Assembly: GCA_016184345.1 (NCBI GenBank)
Contig: JACPCV010000006.1
Coordinates: forward strand, 64,065-128,064
Direction: 5' to 3'
DNA from: Candidatus Woesearchaeota archaeon
GTDB lineage: Archaea > Nanobdellota > Nanobdellia > Woesearchaeales > UBA10216
Length of the DNA stretch: 64,000 nt
Shown here piece by piece: positions 17,506 to 27,099 of the stretch (its first letter is position 1; each line of letters begins with the position of its first letter). The notes beneath the pieces were generated by a model. That model saw only the letters and a program-made list of their open reading frames with translations. It searched no databases and had not been told where the DNA came from. Both the position numbers and the translations under genes were made by a program.

Positions 17506-18978
17506 CTGGTGTAGCTTCTTGAACTGCCTGAACGGTTCGCTGTTTTGCACCTTCAGCTGCAGTTCTTTGTCAACAAGCCCCGGCTCTGTCATAGCCTTTG
17601 GGTCGAGTATTTTCCTGAGATCCGCATTCTCTACAATTTTGTTCTCAATTATCACATCTGTCAGCGGCTTATCATCCTTCAGCGCAATTTTCACAATCTC
17701 GGCCGCAACCTCATACCCGACATAGGGGTTGAGGGCTGTGACAAGGCTCAGTCCCTTCTCCAGCAGCTGCTTTGCCCTTTCAGCATCAACTGTGATTCCC
17801 CTCACACAAAGCTCATCCAGCATGTTCAGTGCATTTGCCATTATCCTGGCTGACCAGAGCAAGTCAAAAGCTATGAGCGGTGTCATGACATTGAGCTCCA
17901 TCTGGCCTGATTTTGCAGCCTCTGCAACAGCATAGTCATTCCCCAGCACCTGATAGCACACCATTATTGCACATTCAGGGACTGAAGGGTTGACCTTTCC
18001 AGGCATTATTGACGAGCCAGGCTCAACCTCAGGCAGTGTTACTTCCGCGATTGCTGTCTTGGGCCCTGAGTTTAGCAGCATCAGGTCGTTTGAGATTTTT
18101 ATAATCTCAGTGGCAAGCAACCGCAAAGTGCTTGAAGCCTCCAGAAATGCTGAGGCGCTCCAAGTTGTGAGGATTGAGTCTGCAGCAACAGAAAACTTCA
18201 GGTTGGTGTATGTGCCGAGTTTTGCAACAACCTTTTCCTTGAATTGCGGGTGGGTATTAATGCCTGTTCCCACGGCTGTTCCCCCTATTCCAAGCTGGAG
18301 CAGCGAATCCTCAGCCACCATTATCCTCCTTGCACATTCGTCAAGGGCTTTTGCGTAGCTATTAAAAACCTGTTCAAACCTTACCGGGACCGCATCCTCA
18401 AGGTGGGTTCGCCCTGTCTTGACAATCCCGCTGTATTCCTCAGACTTTTTCCTGAACTCAGAAGCCAATTTTCCGATTGCTGCCATAAGCGGCTGAAGCG
18501 AGAACAACACTGCAATCCTTATTGCTGTCGGGATAACATCGTTGGATGACTGCGCCATGTTCACGTGGTTGTTCGGATGCACACGGTTGTAATCCCCTTT
18601 TTTGCCGCCGAGCTTCTCAATGGCAATATTGGCTATTACTTCATTGCAGTTCATGTTAAAGGGTGTGCCTGCGCCTGCCTGGAAAACGTCAAGCGGAAAC
18701 TCACTGCCCCATCTTCCATCAGCCACTTCAGCGGCAGCAGAAATTATTGCTTCCCCAACTTTTTTGTCAAGAAGCCCAAGCTCAACATTCGCTGCTGCTG
18801 CAGCCTTTTTTATTAAAGCAAGAGCCCTGATAAAATCCCTGTCCGCCCTTATTCCTGAAATCCTGAAGTTCTGCCTTGCCCGCTCGGTGAATATGCCATA
18901 GCACGCATCTGCCGGCACTTCGAGGCTGCCCAGCGCGTCTTTTTCAGTTCTGATGGGATTGCTTTTGTATTCAGCCAT
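17500..18978 (-). CDS. class II fumarate hydratase / aspartate ammonia-lyase family enzyme
   Basis: Signature GSSIMPGKVNP plus GRTHLEDAVP and SQSSND-like motifs (fumarase-like). The N-terminus VPADACYG is aspartase-like. I cannot assign the subfamily by eye. Confidence 0.9.
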   Translation of the reverse strand: MAEYKSNPIRTEKDALGSLEVPADACYGIFTERARQNFRISGIRADRDFIRALALIKKAAAAANVELGLLDKKVGEAIISAAAEVADGRWGSEFPLDVFQAGAGTPFNMNCNEVIANIAIEKLGGKKGDYNRVHPNNHVNMAQSSNDVIPTAIRIAVLFSLQPLMAAIGKLASEFRKKSEEYSGIVKTGRTHLEDAVPVRFEQVFNSYAKALDECARRIMVAEDSLLQLGIGGTAVGTGINTHPQFKEKVVAKLGTYTNLKFSVAADSILTTWSASAFLEASSTLRLLATEIIKISNDLMLLNSGPKTAIAEVTLPEVEPGSSIMPGKVNPSVPECAIMVCYQVLGNDYAVAEAAKSGQMELNVMTPLIAFDLLWSARIMANALNMLDELCVRGITVDAERAKQLLEKGLSLVTALNPYVGYEVAAEIVKIALKDDKPLTDVIIENKIVENADLRKILDPKAMTEPGLVDKELQLKVQNSEPFRQFKKLHQL

Positions 18979-18980
18979 GA

Positions 18981-19571
18981 TTATGCTTCTTTCATGTGGT
19001 CGTAGAAAGCGTCAATGCTCACGCATTTTACGCCGAGCTCCTCTGCCGCCTTGACAAGGCCCTGGTCCATTGTCATTATGGTGGCGGCCATTTCCTTGGC
19101 GAGCATGAGGACTTCAAAATCCTCCTCGCTGTCAAGTATGCCTTCCCTCAATGACTCCTTGTACTGCACCCGGAGCTTGTGGAGCTTTTCCTCTAAAGGC
19201 GTCTTCTCGTCCCTGACGAACTTCTCGCTTACCCTGAGCCCGGCATTAACCCTGCTCCTAAGCTCATCAATGAATTTGTACATGATTATGGCAGGTATTT
19301 TCAGCTCGTACAGCGAAGGCGCCTTTATCGTGATTATGTTTTTGAAGCTGGGAAGCTCTTTCTCTGCAAAATACTTCAGCTCTTTTACTACAGACGGCGT
19401 CATGTAGAACTTTATCCCTTTTGCTTTTGCTGCAACCGCAAGGAAGTTCACCACAGCGTCGTGCACAGTATGCCCAAAGTACTTCCTTGCGTCAGGGTTT
19501 ACGAACAGGCTCGTGTCCAGCACGTACGCGCTGCTGCCTGCCTTACCCCCAAATATCCTCCTGAATACCAT
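18981..19571 (-). CDS. HARP-type protein-only RNase P (PIN_5; formerly 'RNA ligase partner, MJ_0950 family')
   Basis: Collinear with my recollection of Aquifex Aq_880: VLDTSLFVNPD, FYMTPSV, FIDELRSRVNAGLRVSE, YKESLREGILDSEEDFEVLMLA. Confidence 0.8.
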   Translation of the reverse strand: MVFRRIFGGKAGSSAYVLDTSLFVNPDARKYFGHTVHDAVVNFLAVAAKAKGIKFYMTPSVVKELKYFAEKELPSFKNIITIKAPSLYELKIPAIIMYKFIDELRSRVNAGLRVSEKFVRDEKTPLEEKLHKLRVQYKESLREGILDSEEDFEVLMLAKEMAATIMTMDQGLVKAAEELGVKCVSIDAFYDHMKEA

Positions 19572-19625
19572 AGCCTGGTTGGGTTTTCAACAGGTTTAAA
19601 AACCTTTGTTACAACATGTGCCATT

Positions 19626-21365
19626 ATGAAAAACCCAGAAGTTGCGCAGCTGCTGTATGACATTGCCGATATGCTGGAGATGCAGAATGTTGCGTTCAAG
19701 CCGGTTGCTTACAGGAAGGCTGCAAGGTCGGTGGAGACGCTTTCTTCTGACATTGATGAGCTTTTCAAAAGCGGCGGCAGGGAAAAGCTGATGGAGCTGC
19801 CAGGGATTGGGGAAGGAATAGCTGAGAAGATTGCAGAGTTCCTTGAAACAGGAAGGCTGGAGTATTATGACGAGCTCAAGAGGAAGTTTCCGCAGCACAT
19901 TACAGAACTTATGAACGTGCCGGGGATTGGGCCCAAGAGGATTAAGCTCCTGCATGACAAGCTCGGCATTAAGACTGTATCGCAGCTTGAGGCTGCTGCC
20001 CGAAGCCACAGGCTGAGCAGGCTGCCTGGCTTTGGCGAGAAGCTTGAGGGTGACATCCTGAAAGGCATAGGTGTTTTCAAGGCAGGGCAGGAAAGGACGC
20101 CGTTAGGGTATGCACTTCCCGTAGCAGAAGAGATTGAGCAGCGTCTTAAAGGCCTAAAAGCAGTTAGGAGGGTTTCCATAGCCGGCTCTATGTGCAGAAA
20201 AAAGGAAACAGTTGGCGACATTGACATACTTGCCAGTTGCAGGGGCACAGCTGCAGCTGAGAGGATTATGGATTTCTTCACAACAATGCCTGAAGTCAGC
20301 AGGGTCTTGGCAAAGGGCAGCACAAAGTCAAGCGTTTTGCTGAAGACAGGCTTGCAGGTTGACCTCAGGGTTGTTGATGATGCAAGCTTTGGCGCGGCTT
20401 TGCAGTATTTCACAGGCAGCAAGGAGCACAACGTCGTCGTCCGTGAGCTGGCTATCAAAAAGGGGCTGAAGCTGAACGAGTACGGCGTGTTCAGGAAAAG
20501 CAGCAATAAGAAAATAGCTGGCAAGACAGAGGAAGAAGTCTACAAGGCAATCGGCCTCCGCTACATGGAACCTGAAATCCGTGAGAATTCCGGCGAAGTT
20601 GAGGCAGCAATTAAGAATAAATTGCCCATGCTGATAAAATACGGCAGCATAAGGGGAGATTTTCATACACATACCGTGAAGAGCGACGGCGCAAACAGGC
20701 TGGAGGACATGGTTGCTGCCGCGAAAAAGCTCGGCTACGAATACATTGCCATCACAGACCACAGCAAGGGCGAGAGGATAGCCCACGGCTTATCAAACGA
20801 AGCAATGGAGAAATGGCTTAAGGAGATAAAAGCCGCAGCTGCAAAAACAAAAGACATCAGGATATTTGCTGGCTCTGAGGTTGACATTTTGCCAAACGGC
20901 GAGCTGGACTTCCCTGACGACCTGCTGAAGAAGATGGACATCGTTGTTGGCACAGTCCATTCAAGGTTCAAGTCCACAAGGGAAGAGATGACGAAGCGCA
21001 TTCTGACAGCCATGGAAAACAGGCACTTGGACATATTGGGGCACCCAACAGGGAGATTGATCGGGAAAAGAGAGCCGTACGAAGTGGATTTGAGAAAAAT
21101 ATTCGCAGCCGCAGCAGAAAAGAAAATTCTGCTTGAAATAAACGCCCACCCGGAAAGGAGCGACCTCAAGGACATCCATGCCAGGGAGGCCAAAAGTTTT
21201 GGCTGCAAGTTCGTAATAGATACAGACTCGCACAGCACAGACGGCCTGAAGTTCATGGATTTGGGCGTTGCGATAGCCAGAAGGGCGTGGCTCTCACCGG
21301 AGGACGTTGTCAATAGGAGGCCGCTTAAGGAGTTGCCGAAATTTTTCAGGAAGTTAAAACTGTAG
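19626..21365 (+). CDS. polX: family X DNA polymerase with C-terminal PHP domain
   Basis: HhH motifs; Pol-beta-like catalytic motif GSMCRKKETVGDIDIL; PHP motif GDFHTHTVKSDG...ITDH. The ATG at 19626 (MKNPEVAQLLYDIADMLE) is preferred to the long ORF start. Confidence 0.9.
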   Translation: MKNPEVAQLLYDIADMLEMQNVAFKPVAYRKAARSVETLSSDIDELFKSGGREKLMELPGIGEGIAEKIAEFLETGRLEYYDELKRKFPQHITELMNVPGIGPKRIKLLHDKLGIKTVSQLEAAARSHRLSRLPGFGEKLEGDILKGIGVFKAGQERTPLGYALPVAEEIEQRLKGLKAVRRVSIAGSMCRKKETVGDIDILASCRGTAAAERIMDFFTTMPEVSRVLAKGSTKSSVLLKTGLQVDLRVVDDASFGAALQYFTGSKEHNVVVRELAIKKGLKLNEYGVFRKSSNKKIAGKTEEEVYKAIGLRYMEPEIRENSGEVEAAIKNKLPMLIKYGSIRGDFHTHTVKSDGANRLEDMVAAAKKLGYEYIAITDHSKGERIAHGLSNEAMEKWLKEIKAAAAKTKDIRIFAGSEVDILPNGELDFPDDLLKKMDIVVGTVHSRFKSTREEMTKRILTAMENRHLDILGHPTGRLIGKREPYEVDLRKIFAAAAEKKILLEINAHPERSDLKDIHAREAKSFGCKFVIDTDSHSTDGLKFMDLGVAIARRAWLSPEDVVNRRPLKELPKFFRKLKL

Positions 21366-21380
21366 TTGAGAGTAGCTACA

Positions 21381-22049
21381 ATGAAAAGAATCGCTATTAC
21401 TGGTGCAAAAGGCACGATTGGCACTATGCTGAGGAAAGGGTTAACCAAGTACGAAATAATTCCAATAGACCTGCCTGAAGTGGATGCAAGGGACTACAGG
21501 AAGCTGTTGGGCGTGTCCAAAGGATGCTCAGCAGTCATACACCTTGCATGGGACGCGAAGGCTGAAAACTTCCGCAGCGGCGGGCTTAATCCTGACAACA
21601 TTCTAATGGCATCCAACGTATACAGGGCAGCTTTGGAAGCAAAAGTCCCAAAGGTCATCATGGCCAGTTCTGTGCATGCGGATAACTTTTACGGTTGGAA
21701 AGGCCCTGGACTGCTTTCGCCTGACAGGATTCCTGTGCCTGACAACCCCTACGGCGCGAGTAAGGTGTTTATGGAAGCATTAGGCAGGTACTATGCTTCC
21801 AAAGGCCTGGAAGTTATATGCATAAGGTTCGGCGGCGTAAATCCAAGTGACTCCCAAAAGGCGAACGAGAGAGATTACGAGAGGATCTGGCTGAGCTACA
21901 GGGACTGCTGCAGCCTGGTTTCTGCCTGCCTTGACGCTCCCAAAATACCGAATAATTTTTTAATAGTGTATGGAATTTCCAACAACAAGGGGAAAGTCCA
22001 CGACAATTCAAACCCAGTTGGATGGCGGCCGGCGGACGGTTCAAAATAG
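21381..22049 (+). CDS. NAD-dependent epimerase/dehydratase (short SDR-like)
   Basis: N-terminal Rossmann motif IAITGAKGTIGT; YGASK catalytic motif. Confidence 0.75.
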   Translation: MKRIAITGAKGTIGTMLRKGLTKYEIIPIDLPEVDARDYRKLLGVSKGCSAVIHLAWDAKAENFRSGGLNPDNILMASNVYRAALEAKVPKVIMASSVHADNFYGWKGPGLLSPDRIPVPDNPYGASKVFMEALGRYYASKGLEVICIRFGGVNPSDSQKANERDYERIWLSYRDCCSLVSACLDAPKIPNNFLIVYGISNNKGKVHDNSNPVGWRPADGSK

Positions 22050-22610
22050 GTGAATGCGGTGAAATTTGACGCAATTATTGTGCTCGGTGCCGGAATTACT
22101 CAGAAGGGCAACCTGACAAAAGTAGCCAAGTCAAGAATGGATAAGGCGCTGGAACTCTTCCGGGATGGCGCAGCGCAGAAAGTTATAGTGACTGGAAAAA
22201 AAGAGGCAGGGGTTATGAAAAAGTACGCAGTCAGGAGGGGTATTGACCCAAAGTGCGTTTTTGTGGAGAACATGGCCATGGACACGATTGGAAATGCTTT
22301 TTTCACTAGGAAAAGGTTCCTTGAGCCGCGCAGCTGGTGGAGTCTAATTATTGTAACTTCACTGTTCCACCTCCGCAGGGCGCAACTGGTGTTTAGGAAG
22401 GTTCTGGGAAAAGCATACAGCCTGAAGTTCGTGCCATCACCGCGGGTTTTGTCAGCCGAATCATTAAGGAAAAAGCTTGAGGCTGAAAATGGGCTTAGGT
22501 TGGCAACTCAGCTTCTTGGTACGCTAGTGGCTGATGGTGATGTTGAAGCTGTAGAAAACTTCCTGAAAAGGGCTCACCCTCTTTATAGGCCAGCAAGCCG
22601 CAGGGGTTAA
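22050..22610 (+). CDS. DUF218 (YdcF/ElyC-like) protein
   Basis: FDAIIVLGAGI...VIVTGK...TIGNA pattern typical of DUF218. GTG start abutting the upstream stop. Confidence 0.6.
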   Translation: MNAVKFDAIIVLGAGITQKGNLTKVAKSRMDKALELFRDGAAQKVIVTGKKEAGVMKKYAVRRGIDPKCVFVENMAMDTIGNAFFTRKRFLEPRSWWSLIIVTSLFHLRRAQLVFRKVLGKAYSLKFVPSPRVLSAESLRKKLEAENGLRLATQLLGTLVADGDVEAVENFLKRAHPLYRPASRRG

Positions 22611-22617
22611 GCTAGCC

Positions 22618-23310
22618 TTAATGCATCGCCTTCTCCATCTCCTCCCTTGCCTTGTCCGCTAATCTGTGCGCCAGGTGCAAGGGCTCCGGCAGCTTGTGCG
22701 GCTGCCGGATTGTTTTTGTTACGACATCTACAGCTGTATGCAGGCTTACCTTGTGGCCAACTGAAACGTATAGGGGCTTTGAGTGCGGCTTTGCCTTTAC
22801 CTCTGCGCCGATTATCTCCTTTCCCACCTTTATGTTCCCTGCCTCGTCTTCCTCGCCGAGCAGTTTTGTTTTTGCAATGCCGACAGTTGCCTGGTCCAGC
22901 TCAACTCCCAGGTGGGAAGCAAGTCCACATCGGAGCGGGTGGAGGACGCCGTTGCCGTCAACCAGCAGGATATCGGGCTTATGCCTCAGCCTGCGGAATG
23001 CCTCTTTTATGGCAGGCCCTTCGCGGAAGTAAAGCATGCCCGCAAGGTAGGGAAAATCTGTCTCTACGGCAGCGGTCTTTCTCTCTATCACGTTGAGCTT
23101 ATCGTCGCAGACAACAACTGCGGCTACCACTGCGTTGTTCGTGTATGCGCAGTCGCAACCGCCAATCGTCTTTACCTCCCCAGCTTCATCGGTCGTGACG
23201 ACCTTTCGGGCTGCTGCCAGCTGCTCCTCTTTTAACTGTTCAATGTTCATCATGAATGGGCCCGGCCAGACTTTCGAAGCCGCTTTCAAGGCTGTTCGAA
23301 CTGGCGACAT
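22618..23310 (-). CDS. nfi: endonuclease V
   Basis: Motifs GGCDCAY, YFREGPAI and LVDGNGVLHPLRCGLASHLGV. The true start may be the internal ATG pair at 23253/23250. Confidence 0.85.
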   Translation of the reverse strand: MSPVRTALKAASKVWPGPFMMNIEQLKEEQLAAARKVVTTDEAGEVKTIGGCDCAYTNNAVVAAVVVCDDKLNVIERKTAAVETDFPYLAGMLYFREGPAIKEAFRRLRHKPDILLVDGNGVLHPLRCGLASHLGVELDQATVGIAKTKLLGEEDEAGNIKVGKEIIGAEVKAKPHSKPLYVSVGHKVSLHTAVDVVTKTIRQPHKLPEPLHLAHRLADKAREEMEKAMH

Positions 23311-23409
23311 CCACCCTGTGAAGGTGGCGTCATAACCACTAGACCACAGGCCCGTAACAGCACTGTGGAAGGTAAAAGTTTAAAAAAGTTATCTGTTGCG
23401 GCAGTTCCA

Positions 23410-24048
23410 ATGATTAAGGGAGTGATTTTTGACTGGAACGGCACTTTGTCTGATGACATTCCCAGGGTTTTTTCCGTTGCAATGAAAACCTCTGAGAGGC
23501 TTGGAGGGCGAGTTCTGTCATTAGCAGAGTATCGCCGCCTGGTAAGAAACCCTTACATGCCTTTTTACCGCGACCTCGGCTGCACTGCCTCCAAGAAAGA
23601 GACTAACAGGTGGTACCAGTACTATTTGAACCGCAGCAAGATACCTGTGCGGCTGTTTCCTGATGCTGTTAAATTGCTTAAGTTCCTAAAAAGCCACGGC
23701 ATAATTGTGGGCATAGTCAGCAGCCACCCGGGCTATGCGCTCAGGGCAGAGGCCAAAACGTATGGCATAAGCAGATACCTGGACTTTATGAAAGGCGATG
23801 CTCATGCCAAGCGCTACCACATAGCCATGTTTTTGAGGCTGTACAAGCTTAAGCCTAAGGAAGTTGTATTCATTGGGGACATGGCAAACGACATCGAAGA
23901 GGGCAGGAAGTGCGGCGTCATCACTGCCGCTTACCTCAGGGGAGTTGACTCAAAGTCCAAGCTGGTGCCGCAAAAGCCGGATATCATTCTGCCAACCCTG
24001 CTGTCACTGAAGAAGCATGTTTCTAAGCAAGAAAAAAATATGCGTTGA
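23410..24048 (+). CDS. HAD-superfamily hydrolase (phosphatase-like)
   Basis: Motif I variant GVIFDWNGTL (Trp replaces the usual second Asp of DxD); later VVFIGDMANDIEEG. ATG at 23410; the ORF opens at a GTG at 23365. Confidence 0.75.
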   Translation: MIKGVIFDWNGTLSDDIPRVFSVAMKTSERLGGRVLSLAEYRRLVRNPYMPFYRDLGCTASKKETNRWYQYYLNRSKIPVRLFPDAVKLLKFLKSHGIIVGIVSSHPGYALRAEAKTYGISRYLDFMKGDAHAKRYHIAMFLRLYKLKPKEVVFIGDMANDIEEGRKCGVITAAYLRGVDSKSKLVPQKPDIILPTLLSLKKHVSKQEKNMR

Positions 24049-24107
24049 TAGCAATATTTTTATATTTCATACCTACTCTCCAGATTCGGTTGGGCTGCTG
24101 AGCAGGA

Positions 24108-24923
24108 ATGGTAACATTGGCTAAAGAAAGTTACAGAAAGACGTCTCTGCTTCTGGTAGGTAATGGTATGGGAACTGAAGAGCTGCGCTCATTTGTCGAG
24201 AGGCCGCCGTACTCAAGCTATTTGCGCTTGGCAGGCGAGGTTTCTGCTCAAAGAGGGGCAAATGAGATTACAAGGCTGTTTAGAGGCGAAAATGTGGATG
24301 TGGCTTGCGTCACGGCGACAATTTATACTGCAAAAAAAGCCAGTGGCTTAATAGCAGCACTGAAACATGAGGTTCCTCATAAGGGGATAGTGGCTGTCTG
24401 CGAACAGCCTGATAAAGAGGAAAGTGAGGCTCTTAAGCGGGCTGGTATTTCTGGGCGTGCTGATTTTGCCGGGCTTTTTTTAGCTTCCGGGGCAAACGCA
24501 TATATAGGCATTACAGACTACTCGCCTCAGGACTTAAGTCGTGGATCACATCAGCTTTTTTCGGCTGTAGAGGCTGTGAAATGGGGCGGTTTTTATTCAA
24601 GCGAGCCTCCTGAGAGGTTTGTGGTGCCGAATTATCTTGCTTTTAACATTGCTGCAGGCCTTAGAAAAACCAAACCACTCTTGAAAGAAGCCATGCTCCT
24701 CACTGGTTTAGAGAGACTCACAGAAAGAGAAAGGGAAGTTGCAATAATGGCCTGTCAGGGTCAAAGAAATAAAACAATTGCCAATAAGTTAGGAATTAGT
24801 CCTAGGACAGTGGAAAGCCACATTCATAAAATTCTTTTAAAATTAGAGGTGCATGGGAAAGGTGAGCTATTGCCCTTTTTTGTTCAGCCGGAACAGCTGC
24901 TGCTTTCGCAGCATCAAAATTAA
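24108..24923 (+). CDS. LuxR/GerE-type HTH regulator with degenerate receiver-like N-terminal domain
   Basis: C-terminal LTEREREVAIMACQGQRNKTIANKLGISPRTVESHIHKILLKLEV. The N-terminal region has a REC-like beta/alpha rhythm (LLLVGNG, VDVACVT, IVAVCEQ) without the acidic pocket or acceptor Asp. Confidence 0.7.
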   Translation: MVTLAKESYRKTSLLLVGNGMGTEELRSFVERPPYSSYLRLAGEVSAQRGANEITRLFRGENVDVACVTATIYTAKKASGLIAALKHEVPHKGIVAVCEQPDKEESEALKRAGISGRADFAGLFLASGANAYIGITDYSPQDLSRGSHQLFSAVEAVKWGGFYSSEPPERFVVPNYLAFNIAAGLRKTKPLLKEAMLLTGLERLTEREREVAIMACQGQRNKTIANKLGISPRTVESHIHKILLKLEVHGKGELLPFFVQPEQLLLSQHQN

Positions 24924-24988
24924 GGCAGCTTCATTACTATCCTGCCTTCCTTGAACACCCTGACTGTTCCGCCGCTTTCCGAGACGAC
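24924..24988. repeat. 65-bp direct repeat, left copy (relic 3' end of the diadenylate cyclase gene)
   Basis: Identical to 27104-27168. Similarity continues imperfectly for ~13 more nt (to 25001 / 27181). On the minus strand it still reads ...VSESGGTVRVFKEGRIVMKLP-stop. Confidence 0.9.
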
Positions 24989-25046
24989 TGCAGAGATTGA
25001 GCAAAACGGAAAACAATAAAAAACGTCAAGGTTCTGGGCTAGACAC

Positions 25047-25649
25047 ATGCTCACGCTCGTACAGCACTTGTCAAAAAGGGTTAAAGACGCCGCAAATAGT
25101 TTGACGAGAAGGTTTACAAAAAAGCAGATAGCTTTCCTCGCTGTAGTTGCTTTAGCGCTTGTCGTAATCTTTCAAGGTTTTATAAGGGCGCTGCTATTGA
25201 TAGCAATCCTGTTCGTGATAGGGGTCTTTTCCACTTATTACAAGAGAAAGCTTGAAGATATGAGCGCAATGGGTTTTGAGCTGGTCACTTCCACCTCAGT
25301 GATTGCGGGCATAGCGTTTGGTCCTCTTTTCGGGGCTGTTTTCGGCTTTGCTACCGCTCTTGTCTCGGTTACGCTGTCAAGGGACGTTGGGGTCACCACT
25401 ATTTTGTTCCTGCTGGCAACAGTCAGTGCTGGCGCTGCCGCCCAACTCCTGAGCTCATTCCTGAGGCTGGTAGCGACAGGCATGGTTCTGCTTACCTTTT
25501 CAATGCTTCTTGTTCAAAGCTACACTTTTTTTCTCCAGCGTGAAAACTTGTATAAGGTCACGGCTGTAATCGGTATTTTAGTTAACTTTGCGGTAAATTA
25601 CCTTTTCCTGTCGCATGCTGCCGGCACGCTTCTGGCGCTCGTGCCTTAA
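25047..25649 (+). CDS. hypothetical polytopic membrane protein (200 aa)
   Basis: ATG ORF with 5-6 hydrophobic segments; no motif recognised. Confidence 0.5.
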   Translation: MLTLVQHLSKRVKDAANSLTRRFTKKQIAFLAVVALALVVIFQGFIRALLLIAILFVIGVFSTYYKRKLEDMSAMGFELVTSTSVIAGIAFGPLFGAVFGFATALVSVTLSRDVGVTTILFLLATVSAGAAAQLLSSFLRLVATGMVLLTFSMLLVQSYTFFLQRENLYKVTAVIGILVNFAVNYLFLSHAAGTLLALVP

Positions 25650-25713
25650 CGAATGCTAAAGCGAATGCCTTCGTTCCGAAAGAAATAAATATGATTTGCT
25701 AAAAGGCACTTTT

Positions 25714-26811
25714 ATGGCACTGAACATTGTATTTGGTTCGCTGAAGTCTGGCATGGACAGCTTTTTGAGCCGGCAGCTTGGCAGCAGCACTGCAGGTGAA
25801 CTGCTTAGCATCTTTCTGGCGTTCCTTGTCTCGTTCGTAATAATGGAGTTAGTCAGGACACTCCTCATAGGCAAGCTGAAAAATCTTGCCAAGAAAAGCA
25901 AGTCTGAGTTTGATGACATGCTTCTGGATGCGGTAGGCAGGATTGGCAGGCCGCTTTACTTCCTAGTGGCTGTTTACATAGCACTGAAGTTCACGCAGCT
26001 TGACGAGACAGTGTCAAAGATTTTAGGCTACGCTCTGCTGGTTGGGGTAACTTACTACACGGTAAGGGTAGCGCAAAGCGTGATAAACTACTTCACGCGG
26101 AAGGAAATAAAGAAAAGGGCAAAGGGTGAGGAAGAGGCCCAAACCGCTTCTGTGGTAAACCTGATAACAAGCGCAGTCAACGCCGCGCTCTGGCTTTTTG
26201 CGATTCTGTTCCTTCTTTCAAACTTCGGCTTTGACATAACATCGCTCGTTGCAGGGCTTGGCATAGGCGGCTTGGCGATTGCACTCGCGCTGCAGAGCGT
26301 GTTCGGCGACATCTTTGCGACGATATCTATCTACTTTGACAAGCCATTCAAGGGAGGGGACTTCGTAATCATAGGCCAAGATATGGGAACAGTCCAGCAC
26401 ATCGGACTGAAGTCAACCAGGATAAAGACGCTGCAGGGGCAGGAGCTCGTAATTCCAAACAGGGAAATCACAAACGCGAGAATAAACAACTACAAGAGGA
26501 TGGACAAGAGAAGGGTCGTCTTCAGCATAGGAGTCGTTTACGGCACGAAGAAAGAAAAGCTGGAGAAAATCCCAGATATGATAAGGAAGGTAATTGCAAA
26601 GAACGCGGGAGCCGAGGTTGACCGCGTGCATTTCAAGGAGTTCGGCCCGTACAGCCTCAACTTTGAAGTGGTTTACTACGTCCTGACAGGCGACTACAAC
26701 AAGTACATGGACACCCAGCAGGAAATAAACCTCGCAATAAAGGACGCTTTTGAGAAAGAGGGGATAGATATGGCTTTCCCGACACAGACTGTTATTCTGA
26801 ATAAGCAGTAG
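25714..26811 (+). CDS. small-conductance mechanosensitive channel (MscS family)
   Basis: TM helices followed by the MscS beta-domain pattern FKGGDFVIIGQDMGTVQHIGLKSTRIKTLQGQELVIPNREITNARINNY. The ATG at 25714 is preferred to the TTG at 25696. Confidence 0.85.
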   Translation: MALNIVFGSLKSGMDSFLSRQLGSSTAGELLSIFLAFLVSFVIMELVRTLLIGKLKNLAKKSKSEFDDMLLDAVGRIGRPLYFLVAVYIALKFTQLDETVSKILGYALLVGVTYYTVRVAQSVINYFTRKEIKKRAKGEEEAQTASVVNLITSAVNAALWLFAILFLLSNFGFDITSLVAGLGIGGLAIALALQSVFGDIFATISIYFDKPFKGGDFVIIGQDMGTVQHIGLKSTRIKTLQGQELVIPNREITNARINNYKRMDKRRVVFSIGVVYGTKKEKLEKIPDMIRKVIAKNAGAEVDRVHFKEFGPYSLNFEVVYYVLTGDYNKYMDTQQEINLAIKDAFEKEGIDMAFPTQTVILNKQ

Positions 26812-26969
26812 CTCCGCCTTCCACGTGCTTCACCCACAACATGCCAATGAGGTGAAACTTGCAACGAAGCCGTTTCTTAAATATCTTCTCAAAAGGCACT
26901 TTTCAATAACCCAAATATTTTTATAAGATTAAGATTATTGGATTTTAACAACTGAAACAGGTGATGTAA

Positions 26970-27077
26970 ATGAAAATGGACGAAGGACAAGGCGGGGAAG
27001 GCGGAAGCGGCGGAGATACCGGTTCCGGCGGCTCCGAAGGCGGGGAAGGTAGCGGCTCAGGAGAAGGTGCCAAATAA
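26970..27077 (+). CDS. possible 35-aa Gly/Ser/Glu-rich peptide (MKMDEGQGGEGGSGGDTGSGGSEGGEGSGSGEGAK)
   Basis: Translated by hand. AGGTGAT Shine-Dalgarno-like motif 5-6 nt upstream of the ATG; TATA-like TTTTTATAAG about 45 nt upstream. Confidence 0.35.
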   Translation: MKMDEGQGGEGGSGGDTGSGGSEGGEGSGSGEGAK

Positions 27078-27099
27078 GCGTTGGCAGCAAATGCCCAAG

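Noticed and set aside
19865-21448. 219-, 152- and 237-aa minus-strand ORFs within polX
   Set aside because: They are antisense to a PolX/PHP gene that has all catalytic motifs, and none shows a motif of its own.
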